Assembly (NCBI GenBank): GCA_963822965.1
Contig: CAWGJT010000005.1
Location: forward strand, 736,001-800,000
DNA from: an uncultured delta proteobacterium
GTDB lineage: Bacteria > Myxococcota_A > UBA9160 > UBA4427
Reading direction: 5' to 3'
DNA length: 64,000 nucleotides
In this document: one piece after another, positions 27,581 to 37,317 of the stretch
Layout of the letters: each line of letters opens with the position of its first letter
How positions within the stretch are numbered: position 1 is the stretch's first letter
Translations under genes and position numbers: made by a program
The notes under the pieces: generated by a model
Databases searched by the model: none
The model's input: only the letters and a program-made list of their open reading frames with translations
What the model was told of the DNA's origin: nothing

Positions 27581-28785
27581 CGGCCCTCTCCGCGCAATCG
27601 CGGCCCGCAGGGGAACGCGATCGGCATCTTCGCGAAGCCACGCACGTTGCTCGAGTGGACGCGCACCAGGCCCGCCTCCTCGAGATCGAAACGGGGCAGC
27701 CGCGCGTGGATCTCCGCCAGGGAGACCCTGGCCTCGAGACGCGCCAGGGACGCCCCGAGGCAGAAGTGCGTGCCCTGCCCGAAGGCGAGGGACTGGCTGG
27801 TGTTCCGGCGGATCTCGTAGCGGTGGGCGTCCGGGAACACGCGGTCGTCCCGATTCCCCGAGCCGATGAGCAGGGCCATCCGCGCGCCCTCGGGAACCTT
27901 GCGGCCGTGGATCTCCACGTCCCGGGTGGCGGTGCGCGCGATCAGCTGGGACGACGGGTCGTAGCGAAGGGTCTCCTCCGCCCACTCGGCGGCGAGGGAG
28001 GGATCGGCGTCGAGCAGCGCGCGCTGCTCGGGATTCCGCGAGATCCAGTAGAGGGCGTTGCCGAGCAGCTTCGTGGTGGTCTCGTTGCCCGCGATCACCA
28101 TCAGGAACAGGAAGGCGATGATGTCCCGGTCGGCGAGATGCTCGCCGCCGACCTCGGCCGCGATGAGCGCGTCGGTCAGGTCGTCGGTGCCGGGACGCCG
28201 CCGGCGCGCGTCGACGTGCTTCGCGAAGTAGCCGATGAGCTTCGCGGCCGCCTGCTGGCCGGCGGGCGGCACCACCGAGCTCCCCTCTTCCCGGTGCAGC
28301 ACGAGATCCGCCCAGGCGCGCAGCTCGTCCCGATCGGCGGAGGGCACACCCACCATCTCGCTGATGACATCCATCGGGAGCTTTCCGGCGAAGTCGTCGA
28401 TGAAGTCGCAGCGGCCGCGCTCGATGAAGGCGTCGATGTAGTGCGTGGCCAGGTCGCGGATCCGGGGCTCCAGCAGCGCCACCCGCCGCGGCGTGAAGCC
28501 CCGGGACACCAGGGTGCGCAGGCGCCCGTGCTCGGGCGGATCCATGCCGAGGAAGGACATCACCTGGGGCGCGTCGCCCACGTCGTCGATGGCGACGCCC
28601 TTCCGGTTCGACCAGGTCACCGGATCGCGGAACGCCGCGAGCACGTCCTCGTGGCGCGAGAGGGCCCAGAAGCCGCGCTCCTCGTTGTAATAGGCGGGAG
28701 CCTCCGCGCGGAGCCGCGCGTAGACCGGGTACGGATCCTCGTGGATCTTCCAGTCGTACGGGTCGTAGACGACCGGCGCGTTCAC
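27577..28785 (-). CDS. Cytochrome P450
   Basis: AGNETT, EETLR, FGQGTHFCLG. Confidence 0.96.
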   Translation of the reverse strand: MNAPVVYDPYDWKIHEDPYPVYARLRAEAPAYYNEERGFWALSRHEDVLAAFRDPVTWSNRKGVAIDDVGDAPQVMSFLGMDPPEHGRLRTLVSRGFTPRRVALLEPRIRDLATHYIDAFIERGRCDFIDDFAGKLPMDVISEMVGVPSADRDELRAWADLVLHREEGSSVVPPAGQQAAAKLIGYFAKHVDARRRRPGTDDLTDALIAAEVGGEHLADRDIIAFLFLMVIAGNETTTKLLGNALYWISRNPEQRALLDADPSLAAEWAEETLRYDPSSQLIARTATRDVEIHGRKVPEGARMALLIGSGNRDDRVFPDAHRYEIRRNTSQSLAFGQGTHFCLGASLARLEARVSLAEIHARLPRFDLEEAGLVRVHSSNVRGFAKMPIAFPCGPRLRGEGR

Positions 28786-29468
28786 GAATCCCCTCGCGCG
28801 GGCGCGCGGGACGTGCAGAAGCAGCGGCGGGCTTGCGCCTGCATCTCGGCCACGAGCTCGTGCGGATCTCGCTCCATGCCGCCCTCGACCCAGGCAGCCA
28901 GCTGCACCTGCTGCAGGGCGATCATCATGCGTGCCATCAGGTGGGGATCTCCCTCGTGAAAGAGCCCCTGCGCGATCCCTCGCTCGAAGATCGCCACCTG
29001 CAGGGCGTGGCCCTCGCGCCAGGCCTGGACATGGGCCGGGGTGGCCTGCGCGCTGGCGCCGAGCCCCCACGCGTAGCCCTCGCGCAGGTGCATGCGCAGG
29101 TAGTCGGGGTGGGCGGCGAAGAAGTCGACGTAGCCTCGCACGCCCAGCAGCAGCGTCTCGACAGGATCGGCCGCGGACCGCGCCAGCTCGCGCGCACGCC
29201 GGGTCGCCTCGCGCAGCCGGGTCTCGTGGATCTCCGCCACCAGCCGGGCCTTGCCCGAGAAGACGTTGTAGACGGTCCCCAGCGCGAGCCCGGCCTCGGC
29301 GGCGATCTCCTCCATCTTCGTGTCCTCGACGCCCTTCTCGGCGAAGGCCCGCTCGGCGGCCTCGAACACCAGCTGCCGGTAGAGGGCGTTGCGGGCCTCT
29401 CGGGCGCTCCTGCGACGGCTGGCCGCGCGGACCGGTGCGGTGGCGGAGACGGGATCGAGGTCGGACAC
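28782..29468 (-). CDS. TetR/AcrR family transcriptional regulator
   Basis: AAERAFAEKGVEDTKMEEIAAEAGLALGTVYNVFSGK helix-turn-helix. Confidence 0.93.
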   Translation of the reverse strand: MSDLDPVSATAPVRAASRRRSAREARNALYRQLVFEAAERAFAEKGVEDTKMEEIAAEAGLALGTVYNVFSGKARLVAEIHETRLREATRRARELARSAADPVETLLLGVRGYVDFFAAHPDYLRMHLREGYAWGLGASAQATPAHVQAWREGHALQVAIFERGIAQGLFHEGDPHLMARMMIALQQVQLAAWVEGGMERDPHELVAEMQAQARRCFCTSRAPARGDS

Positions 29469-29507
29469 GAGGGCTCCTCGGGTGGCGGTCGCACGCGAGC
29501 TTGCCAG

Positions 29508-29527
29508 ATTGAAATCATGCTTGCAAT
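29508..29527. promoter_or_regulatory. Candidate TetR operator ATTGAAATCATGCTTGCAAT
   Basis: 16 of 20 positions self-complementary, AT-rich, in the 123-bp divergent gap next to the tetR gene. Confidence 0.6.
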
Positions 29528-29591
29528 TGGTGAACCGCGATTCTAGCTTCCTCCACCCGGGCATCGGACCGGGCCTCGTAGGAGCTACCGG

Positions 29592-31067
29592 ATGGGTCGG
29601 ACCATCGACGCGGCACCCTCCCGGGCGGTCGCGCTGCGCCACGTCTCCGCGTTCGAACGCAGCCACGACGTGGTCGTGGTGGGCCACGGGGCGGCGGGCG
29701 GTGCCGCGGCCATCGAGGCGGCCCGGGCCGGCGCCGACACCCTGGTCGTCGAGCGCATGTCGCGCGGCGGGGGCACCACGGCGCTCTCCACCGGGCTCAC
29801 CTACTTCGGCGGCGGCACCGCCATCCAGAAGGCCTGCGGCTTCGAGGACTCGCCGGAGAACATGGAGCGATACGTGCGTCTCGCGGCGGGACGCAACGCC
29901 GATCCCGAGCGCGTGCGGCTCTACTGTGAGGGCAGCGTCGAGCACTTCGAGTGGTTTCGCGCCCTGGGGGTCGAGTACAAGGAGACCTACTACGAGGACA
30001 AGGTGACGCATCCGCTCACCGACGACTGCCTGCTCTACACCGGAAACGAGCTCGCCTGGCCGTTCGCCCAGCAGGCCGACCCCGCGCCCCGGGGCCACAA
30101 GCCGGCCCGCGAGGGCGAGGCGGGCGGCTACCTGATGGAGTGCGTGATCCGGGCCACCCACGAGGCCGGCGCCGAGGTGCTCGGCGACTGCCACGCCCTG
30201 CGCCTGGTGGTCGACGACGACGGCCGCGTGCGCGGCCTGATCGCCCGGCGAGACGGACGGGAGATGGCGATCGAGGCCCGCCGCGGGGTGATCCTGTGCG
30301 CCGGAGGCTTCGCGATGAACGAGCGGATGCTGGCCCAGCACGCCCCCGAGGCCCTGGCGTGCAACTATCCCCTGGGAACGCCCGCTGACGACGGCCGCGG
30401 CATCCTGATGGGCGCGGGCGCCGGCGGCAACCTCGTCAACATGCACGAGACCCTGATCCTCAACTCCTGGTATCCGCCCTCGTCCCACCTGAAGGGCGTT
30501 CTGGTGGACGAGCACGGGCAGCGCTTCATCAACGAGGACGCCTACGCGGGCCGCACCAGCGACGCCATCGTCCACATGGCTGGCGGCAGGGCGTGGCTCG
30601 TCGTGGACGACGAGATCTACGGGCCCACCCAGGCGATGCACCGCATCGCGGCCGTGGCCGACACGATCGAGGACCTGGAGCGCGAGCTGGGCATGCCCGA
30701 GGGACGCCTGGTCGAGACCGTCTCCGCCTACAACGCCAACGCCGCGCGGGGCGAGGACCCGGTGTTCCACAAGGCGGCCCGCTGGGTGCGAGCCCTGAAG
30801 ACGCCTCCCTTCGCGGCCCTCGACTGCCGCATGGAGGGCTCGATCTTCGCGGTCTTCACCCTGGGCGGTCTCGACGTGAAGGCCACCGGCGAGGTAGTCG
30901 ACGCGGACGGCGCGGCGATTCCCGGCCTGTACGCCGCGGGGCGCAACACGGCCGGGCTCTGCCGGGAGGGCCGCACCTATGCGAGTGGGCTCTCCATCGG
31001 CGATGCGAGCTTCTTCGGACGACTGGCCGGCCGCGCGGCGGCCGCCCATCCGCCGGCCGGCGACTGA
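29592..31067 (+). CDS. FAD-binding dehydrogenase, 3-ketosteroid dehydrogenase/fumarate reductase flavoprotein family
   Basis: DVVVVGHGAAG, GGTTALSTG.TYFGGGT, GQRFINED, FTLGGL, IPGLYAAGR, YASGLSIGD. Confidence 0.9.
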   Translation: MGRTIDAAPSRAVALRHVSAFERSHDVVVVGHGAAGGAAAIEAARAGADTLVVERMSRGGGTTALSTGLTYFGGGTAIQKACGFEDSPENMERYVRLAAGRNADPERVRLYCEGSVEHFEWFRALGVEYKETYYEDKVTHPLTDDCLLYTGNELAWPFAQQADPAPRGHKPAREGEAGGYLMECVIRATHEAGAEVLGDCHALRLVVDDDGRVRGLIARRDGREMAIEARRGVILCAGGFAMNERMLAQHAPEALACNYPLGTPADDGRGILMGAGAGGNLVNMHETLILNSWYPPSSHLKGVLVDEHGQRFINEDAYAGRTSDAIVHMAGGRAWLVVDDEIYGPTQAMHRIAAVADTIEDLERELGMPEGRLVETVSAYNANAARGEDPVFHKAARWVRALKTPPFAALDCRMEGSIFAVFTLGGLDVKATGEVVDADGAAIPGLYAAGRNTAGLCREGRTYASGLSIGDASFFGRLAGRAAAAHPPAGD

Positions 31068-31126
31068 CGCTTTGTCGCCACCCGATGGGCGGGTTACGCT
31101 GACTCCCCCACTGCGAGGTCCCCCCG

Positions 31127-31591
31127 ATGAGAGCCGACTCCGCCTCCACGCCTTCCACCGCGCCCGACACGGGCTCCGTTCCCGCGAAGGAGACCAATCC
31201 CGCGATGACCGCGGCGCGAAGCTCCTGGCGCTGCGTCCAGGCCCGGGATCGCGAGGCGTGGCTCGACCTGATGGCGGACGACATCGTGATGGAGGACCCG
31301 ATCGGGATCGCTCCGACCAATCCCGACGGACGGGGCATTCGCGGCAAGGCCGCGGTGGCGGCGTTCTGGGACGCGAGCATGTCGAAGATGGACATCCACA
31401 TCGACACCCACGAGTCGTTCGCGGCGGCGAACGAATCCGCCCACCGCATGACGCTCACCACCACGTTCCCGAACGGCGGCGGCATGACCGTGAACGGCAT
31501 CTTCACCTACCGCGTCGACGAGCGCGGAAAGCTCACGAACCTGCGAGGCTACTGGTCCCTCGACGAAGCCGAGATCCGGCCGCCCCGATAG
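31127..31591 (+). CDS. NTF2/SnoaL (ketosteroid-isomerase-like) protein
   Basis: DREAWLDLMADDIVMEDPIG, GKAAVAAFWD, TYRVDERGKLTNLRGYW. Confidence 0.88.
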   Translation: MRADSASTPSTAPDTGSVPAKETNPAMTAARSSWRCVQARDREAWLDLMADDIVMEDPIGIAPTNPDGRGIRGKAAVAAFWDASMSKMDIHIDTHESFAAANESAHRMTLTTTFPNGGGMTVNGIFTYRVDERGKLTNLRGYWSLDEAEIRPPR

Positions 31592-31641
31592 CAACCGTCG
31601 CCGGCTCCTCGAGCGGACGCGACGCCCCCGAAAGGCATCCC

Positions 31642-32517
31642 TTGCGCTTCACCTACACCGAGACGATGTGCGATCCCGGCTTCCTCGTCCCCCTGGCGCG
31701 GGAGGCGGAGGCCGCGGGCTACGACGGCTTCGCGATCCCCGACAGCATCTGCTACCCGAAGGAATCGGATTCCAAGTACCCCTACAACGCCGACGGCAGC
31801 CGCGAGTTCCTGGACGGCAAGCCGATCCTGGATCCCTTCACCCTCATCCCGGCCATGGCGGCCGTGACGTCCACGCTGCACTTCTCGACCTTCGTCGTGA
31901 AGCTGCCCGTACGCGGCTGCGTGCTCGTCGCCAAGCAGGCGGCTTCGGTGGCGGTGCTCTCCCAGAACCGCTTCAAGTTCGGCGTGGGCGTGAGCCCCTG
32001 GCCCGACGACTACCGCATCATGGGCGTGCCGTGGGAGAAGCGCGGCAAGCGCATGGACGAGATGATCGACATCGTGCGGGGCCTGTGTACCGGTGAGTTC
32101 TTCGGCTACGACGGCGAGGTCCACCAGCTCGAGCCCATCAAGATCGCTCCCGTGCCGACGAAGCCGCTGCCGATCCTCGTCGGCGGGCACGCGGAGCCCG
32201 CGCTGCGACGGGCGGTGACCCGGGGCGACGGCTGGATGCACGCGGGCGGCGACGCCGCACAGCTCTCGAAGATGCTGGAGCGCATCCACGAGCTGCGCGT
32301 CGAGCACGGACGCGAGAAGGACCCGTTCGAGATCCACGTCATCTCCCTCGACGCCTTCACGCCGGACGGCGTGCGGCGGCTCGAGGAGATGGGCGTGACC
32401 GACGTGATCGTGGGCTTCCGCAACGCGTATGCCGAGGAGAAGGACACCCAGACCCTCGAGCAGAAGGTCGGCGCGCTGCGGACCTTCGCGGACAACGTCA
32501 TCGCCAAGGTGCGCTGA
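31642..32517 (+). CDS. LLM-class F420-dependent oxidoreductase
   Basis: LAREAEAAGYD, PDSICYP, AKQAASVAVLSQNRFKFGVG, PILVGGH, GDGW. TTG start. Confidence 0.9.
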   Translation: MRFTYTETMCDPGFLVPLAREAEAAGYDGFAIPDSICYPKESDSKYPYNADGSREFLDGKPILDPFTLIPAMAAVTSTLHFSTFVVKLPVRGCVLVAKQAASVAVLSQNRFKFGVGVSPWPDDYRIMGVPWEKRGKRMDEMIDIVRGLCTGEFFGYDGEVHQLEPIKIAPVPTKPLPILVGGHAEPALRRAVTRGDGWMHAGGDAAQLSKMLERIHELRVEHGREKDPFEIHVISLDAFTPDGVRRLEEMGVTDVIVGFRNAYAEEKDTQTLEQKVGALRTFADNVIAKVR

Positions 32518-32531
32518 GGGTGGAGGCCGGC

Positions 32532-34259
32532 ATGCTGGACGTGATCCTCCGGGGCGGCAAGGTGGTGGACGGAAGCGGCGGACCGGCGCGCGTGGCCGAC
32601 GTGGGCATCCGCGACGGACGCATCGCGGCCATCGGCCGCATCGAGGAGCCCGCCCGGCGGGAGATCGACGTCGCAGACAAGGTCGTCGCGCCGGGCTTCG
32701 TCGACGTGCACACCCACTACGACGCCCAGGTCTTCTGGGATGGCACCCTCTCCCCTTCCCCGTTCCACGGCGTCACCAGCGTCGTCGGCGGCAACTGCGG
32801 CTTCAGCATCGCGCCCCTCTCCCCCGACGCGGGGGACTACCTCATGCGCATGCTCGCGCGGGTCGAGGGAATGCCCCTCGAAAGCCTCGCCGCGGGGGTG
32901 CCCTGGGACTGGAAGTCCTTCGACGACTACCTGAGCCGCATCGAGGGGACCCTGGCCGTCAACGCCGGCTTCATGGTGGGGCACAGCGCCATCCGTCGCG
33001 TGGTAATGGGCGAGCGGGCCGTCGGACACGAAGCGAGCGAGGACGAGCTGGCGCACATGGTCGCGCTGCTGCGGGAGTCCCTCGAGCAGGGCGGGCTGGG
33101 CTTCTCGACGACCATCTCGCCCACCCACAACGACGGCGACGGGCAGCCGGTTCCCTCGCGCCACGCGAGCCGCGACGAGATCCTGGCGCTGTCCCGGGCG
33201 GTACGCGACCACGCCGGGACCACCGTCGAGTTCCTGCCCGGGCTCGGCGCCTTCGACGACGAGAAGAAGCAGCTGATGACGGACGTCTCGCTGGCCGCGA
33301 ACCGCCCGGTCAACTGGAACGTGCTCGCACCCACGTCCGCGAATCCGCAGCTCGTCGACGCCCAGCTCGCGGCCACCGACTACGCGCGCGAGCGGGGAGC
33401 CGAAGTGGTCGCCCTCACGGTCCCGCAGCCGATGACCATCCGGATCAACCTCCACGCCGGCTTCGTGTTCGACGCCTTCCACGGCTGGGCCGAGCTGTTC
33501 CAGATGCCGATCGAGGAACGCAAGGCGTTCCTGCGCGATCCGGCCAACCGGGCTCGGCTCGACGCGGATGCTCACGACGAGCGCTCGGGCATGCTGCGCG
33601 GGCTGGCGGTGTGGGAGAACCTGACCGTCGACCAGGTGCACGCCGAGCGCAACCGGGGCTGTGTCGGACGTCGCATCGGCGAGATCGCCCAGGAGCTGGG
33701 CAAGACGCCCTTCGACACCATGATCGATCTGGCGCTGGACGACGACCTGCTCACGTCCTTCGTCCCGCCGACCGGGGGAGACGACGAGGCGAGCTGGCAG
33801 CTCCGGGGGCGCACCTGGCTCGACGACCGCACGGTCATCGGCGCGTCCGACGCGGGGGCGCACCTGGACATGATCGACACCTTCGCGTTCTCGACCCAGG
33901 TGCTGGGAAACGGCGTGCGCCGGCACGGGCTGCTGCCCGTCGAGGAGGCGGTGCGCCAGCTCACGGACGTGCCGGCCCGGCTCTACGGCCTGCGGCAGCG
34001 CGGGCGGCTCGAGGAGGGCTGGCACGCGGACGTCGTCGTCTTCGACGAGGCTTGCGTCGACTGCGGCCCGACCTACACCCGCTTCGACCTGCCGGCGGGA
34101 GCGGGACGTCTCTACGCGGACGCCGTGGGCATCGAGCACGTCTTCGTGAACGGCGTGGAGATCGTGAGCGACGGTCGGGACACGGGCGCCCGCCCGGGCA
34201 CCGTGTTCCGCTCGGGCCGCGACACCGAGACGGTCACGGTGCCCGGCGGCGGCGCCTGA
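32532..34259 (+). CDS. N-acyl-D-amino-acid deacylase family amidohydrolase
   Basis: GGKVVDGSG, PGFVDVHTHYD, GNCGF, SDAGAH. Confidence 0.93.
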   Translation: MLDVILRGGKVVDGSGGPARVADVGIRDGRIAAIGRIEEPARREIDVADKVVAPGFVDVHTHYDAQVFWDGTLSPSPFHGVTSVVGGNCGFSIAPLSPDAGDYLMRMLARVEGMPLESLAAGVPWDWKSFDDYLSRIEGTLAVNAGFMVGHSAIRRVVMGERAVGHEASEDELAHMVALLRESLEQGGLGFSTTISPTHNDGDGQPVPSRHASRDEILALSRAVRDHAGTTVEFLPGLGAFDDEKKQLMTDVSLAANRPVNWNVLAPTSANPQLVDAQLAATDYARERGAEVVALTVPQPMTIRINLHAGFVFDAFHGWAELFQMPIEERKAFLRDPANRARLDADAHDERSGMLRGLAVWENLTVDQVHAERNRGCVGRRIGEIAQELGKTPFDTMIDLALDDDLLTSFVPPTGGDDEASWQLRGRTWLDDRTVIGASDAGAHLDMIDTFAFSTQVLGNGVRRHGLLPVEEAVRQLTDVPARLYGLRQRGRLEEGWHADVVVFDEACVDCGPTYTRFDLPAGAGRLYADAVGIEHVFVNGVEIVSDGRDTGARPGTVFRSGRDTETVTVPGGGA

Positions 34260-34298
34260 GCCGGCCGGACTCCCTCGACCCGCCTCCCGCGCCGAAGC

Positions 34299-35399
34299 TC
34301 AGCTCGCGTCGGGCTTGGGCGTGTCCGGCCCCGACGACGGTAGCGCCGGCGGTGAGGCCAGCGCGGGGTCGGGTGCGGCGGTGAGCGCCCCCAGGAAGGT
34401 CACGATGGAGGCCACGGTCGCGTCGTCGAGCTTCTTGCCCAGCTGGTGGTACGCCATCAGCCGGACCGCCTCCTCGAGGCTCGAGATCGAGCCGTCGTGG
34501 AAGTAGGGCCGCGTCTCGGCCACGTTGCGCAGGCCCGGAACCTTGAAGACGTGCCGGTCGGACTCCTGCTTCGTCACCTTGTAGCGCCCCGGGTCCGGCG
34601 TGTCGTAGGGAACCACGAGGCCGAGCTTCTGGAACATGCTTCCGCCCACGCCGGGGCCGACGTGGCACGTGATGCAGCCGGTCTTGATGAACGTGTCGAG
34701 ACCCGCCTGCTCGGCCGGGGAGAGCGCCTCGAGATCGCCCGCCATGAAGGCGTCGAGCTTGCCGGGCGTGAGCAGGCGGCGCTCGAAGGCGGCGATCGCC
34801 TTCGCAGCGTTGAGGAAGGTGACGGGCTCCTTCTCACCCGGGAAGGCCTTCTCGAAGAGCGGCCGATAGCCCGGGATCGAGCGCAGCACCCGGTCGACGG
34901 TGGCCGCATCCGGCATGCCCATCTCCACGGGGTTGAGGACCGGCCCCTGGGCCTGCTCCTCGACGTCCGCGGCGCGACCGTCCCAGAACTGCCGGAAGTG
35001 GACCGCGGCGTTGAGCGTCGTGGGGGAGTTGCGCTCACCCCGCTCGCCCGCATGCCCCGGAGAAGTCGGCTCGTTGTCCACGCCGAAGTGGTCCAGGCGA
35101 TGGCAGCTGTTGCACGAGATCTTCTGGTTCTTCGAGAACCGGGGATCGAAGTAGAGCATCCGGCCGAGGGCGACCTTGGCGTCGGTCACGGGATTCGCCG
35201 GATTGGCGACCTCCTTCGGCAGGGGCCCGAAGATCTGTCGGGCCTGGGCGGACAACGCCTTGGCGTCCGGGGCCGGGGCCGGCGCCTCGGCCCAGGCCAC
35301 CGGGGCGCACAGAACCAGGAAGAAGATGGCCGCACGACGGACGCGCACGGCAGGCGAGCGGTTGCTTCGGACCAGAGTCGTCACACGAATTCCCTCCAT
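34299..35399 (-). CDS. ccpA: Diheme cytochrome c peroxidase (start may be the GTG at 35384)
   Basis: CNSCH and CITCH, RNSPT, QFWDGRA, NPVEMG, FKVPGLRNV..T.PYFHDG. Signal peptide. Confidence 0.95.
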   Translation of the reverse strand: MEGIRVTTLVRSNRSPAVRVRRAAIFFLVLCAPVAWAEAPAPAPDAKALSAQARQIFGPLPKEVANPANPVTDAKVALGRMLYFDPRFSKNQKISCNSCHRLDHFGVDNEPTSPGHAGERGERNSPTTLNAAVHFRQFWDGRAADVEEQAQGPVLNPVEMGMPDAATVDRVLRSIPGYRPLFEKAFPGEKEPVTFLNAAKAIAAFERRLLTPGKLDAFMAGDLEALSPAEQAGLDTFIKTGCITCHVGPGVGGSMFQKLGLVVPYDTPDPGRYKVTKQESDRHVFKVPGLRNVAETRPYFHDGSISSLEEAVRLMAYHQLGKKLDDATVASIVTFLGALTAAPDPALASPPALPSSGPDTPKPDAS

Positions 35400-35409
35400 G
35401 AGCCGCGCG

Positions 35410-35437
35410 AAAGTAGGCGGCAGACGGAGACGTGCAA
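35410..35437 (-). promoter_or_regulatory. Sigma70-like promoter for the peroxidase gene
   Basis: TTGCAC-N16-TACTTT on the minus strand just upstream of the start. Confidence 0.45.
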
Positions 35438-35491
35438 GGGCGGGACTCCCGGGAGGCCCGGCAGCCGCCTGGAAACCCGCGGGAATCCGGT

Positions 35492-37207
35492 TCAGCGGCC
35501 CCCTCCGATGAGGCGGATCACCTCACCGGGCAGCGCGCCGGTGTGCTTGCCGTCCTCCAGCAGCACCTCCCCGTTCACCACCACGTTGCGGTAGCCCTCG
35601 GCATCGACCACGTAGCGCTCGCTGTCCGCCGGGAAGTCGCGCACCGGGTAGGAGTCGCCGGCGGCCAGGTGCTCGAGATCGATCACCAGGAGGTCTGCCG
35701 CGGCGCCCTCCCGCAGCACGCCCCGGCCCTCGATGCCGTGCACCGTGGCCGGCATCAGGGTGTTCCGCCACACCGCCTGCTCGAGGGAGAGGGGGTCGGG
35801 CACCCAGTCCGTCAGCAGCCGGGTCGTGTAGTCGGCGCCCACGAACGAGGCCAGGTGGGCGCCGCCGTCGCTCGAGCCGGGCATCACGATGGGATCGGCC
35901 ACCGCGGTCCGCACCACGTGGGCGATGAACTGCCGGGCCACGTCCCCGAGACGGGTCTGCCAGACGGTGCGCAGATCCTCCTCGAGGCTCACGTCCAGGA
36001 AGGCGTCGAGCGGACTCACCCCCCGCTCCGCGGCCAGCCCGGTGACCGTCCGGCCGACCCACCCCGCGTGGGCGGGGTCGCACACCGCCTCCACCTCGAG
36101 GCCGCCCCACTCGAAGCTCGCCGCCCGGTTCGCCGGATCGTCGAACTCGCGTCCGAGACGTTCGCGCACGGCGGGATCCCGCAGGCCGCGAAGCCGCTCG
36201 TCGCCCGGCAGCGTCAGCACCCGCCGCCACTCGGGCATCTCGTCGAAGACGAACGTGTCGTCCAGACGCAGGTGCAGCTCGAGACGATTGGTCGTGAACA
36301 TCGGGTGAAGCCGGATGCCTTCGGCGAAGGCCTCGTTGCAGAACTCGAGCGTCGTCTGCCAGCCCATCGGGTGGTCGGGGTTCGGCACCAGGATGTTCAG
36401 CTCGATCGGGCGCCCGGACACGTGGTAGAGATCGCGCAGCAGGCGGCGATCGGACTCGTCGTAGCCCTGGCTGAAGGAGCGCGGAATGATCTCGATCGCT
36501 CCCCGGTCGAACTCCGCCAGCACGGAAGCCAGCTCGAGGATCTCGTGGGCCGAGGCATGGTTCGACGGCACCTCGCGTCCGTCCTCGCCCACGTGGATGT
36601 CGAGCTGGGAGGTCGAGAAGCCCATGGCTCCCTCGCGCATGGCCTGACGGACCAGGGCCTTCATCTGCAGGATCTCGGCCTCGTCGGCCTCTCGAACCGA
36701 CGCGTCGTCGCCCATCACCCAACGGCGCACGGCGCTGTGGCCGACGAAGCTCCCCACGTTGATGCCGAGGCGACCATCGAATCGCCGCCAGTAGTCCCCG
36801 AAGCCACCTCCCTGGAAGCGCAGCCCCCGGGCGAGCGCCGACCGGGACATGCCCTCGACCCGGCTCAGCATTCCCGCCAGCCAGTCGACGTCCTCGGGCT
36901 TCGCCGGCGCCAGCGTGAAGCCGCAGTTGCCCGCCAGCGCCGTGGTGACACCGTGCCAGCAGGACGGCGTCGCCAGCGGATCCCAATCCAGCTGGACGTC
37001 GTAGTGGGTGTGCACGTCGATGAAGCCCGGGGTGACGAGCAACCCGTCCGCGTCGATTTCGCGCGCGGCCGCATCCGTCACGCGGCCGATCCGGGCGATG
37101 CGCCCGTCCTTCACGGCCACGTCCGCCGTGAATGCGCGCATCCCCGTACCGTCCACCACCCGTCCGCCCCGGACCACGAGATCCCAGGTCAATGCATTCC
37201 TCCTCAC
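35492..37207 (-). CDS. N-acyl-D-amino-acid deacylase family amidohydrolase (second paralog)
   Basis: GGRVVDGTG, PGFIDVHTHYD, GNCGF, SDGGAH. Confidence 0.93.
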   Translation of the reverse strand: MRRNALTWDLVVRGGRVVDGTGMRAFTADVAVKDGRIARIGRVTDAAAREIDADGLLVTPGFIDVHTHYDVQLDWDPLATPSCWHGVTTALAGNCGFTLAPAKPEDVDWLAGMLSRVEGMSRSALARGLRFQGGGFGDYWRRFDGRLGINVGSFVGHSAVRRWVMGDDASVREADEAEILQMKALVRQAMREGAMGFSTSQLDIHVGEDGREVPSNHASAHEILELASVLAEFDRGAIEIIPRSFSQGYDESDRRLLRDLYHVSGRPIELNILVPNPDHPMGWQTTLEFCNEAFAEGIRLHPMFTTNRLELHLRLDDTFVFDEMPEWRRVLTLPGDERLRGLRDPAVRERLGREFDDPANRAASFEWGGLEVEAVCDPAHAGWVGRTVTGLAAERGVSPLDAFLDVSLEEDLRTVWQTRLGDVARQFIAHVVRTAVADPIVMPGSSDGGAHLASFVGADYTTRLLTDWVPDPLSLEQAVWRNTLMPATVHGIEGRGVLREGAAADLLVIDLEHLAAGDSYPVRDFPADSERYVVDAEGYRNVVVNGEVLLEDGKHTGALPGEVIRLIGGGR

Positions 37208-37317
37208 CTCCAGAACGCGGCCGCTCCGGCGCCTTGCCGGACCCTCGCCGTCTCCACCGCGGCGCTCGGCCCCGGCCGCCTATGCTACACCCCGAGGTCC
37301 CGATCTGGAGAGGTGCC

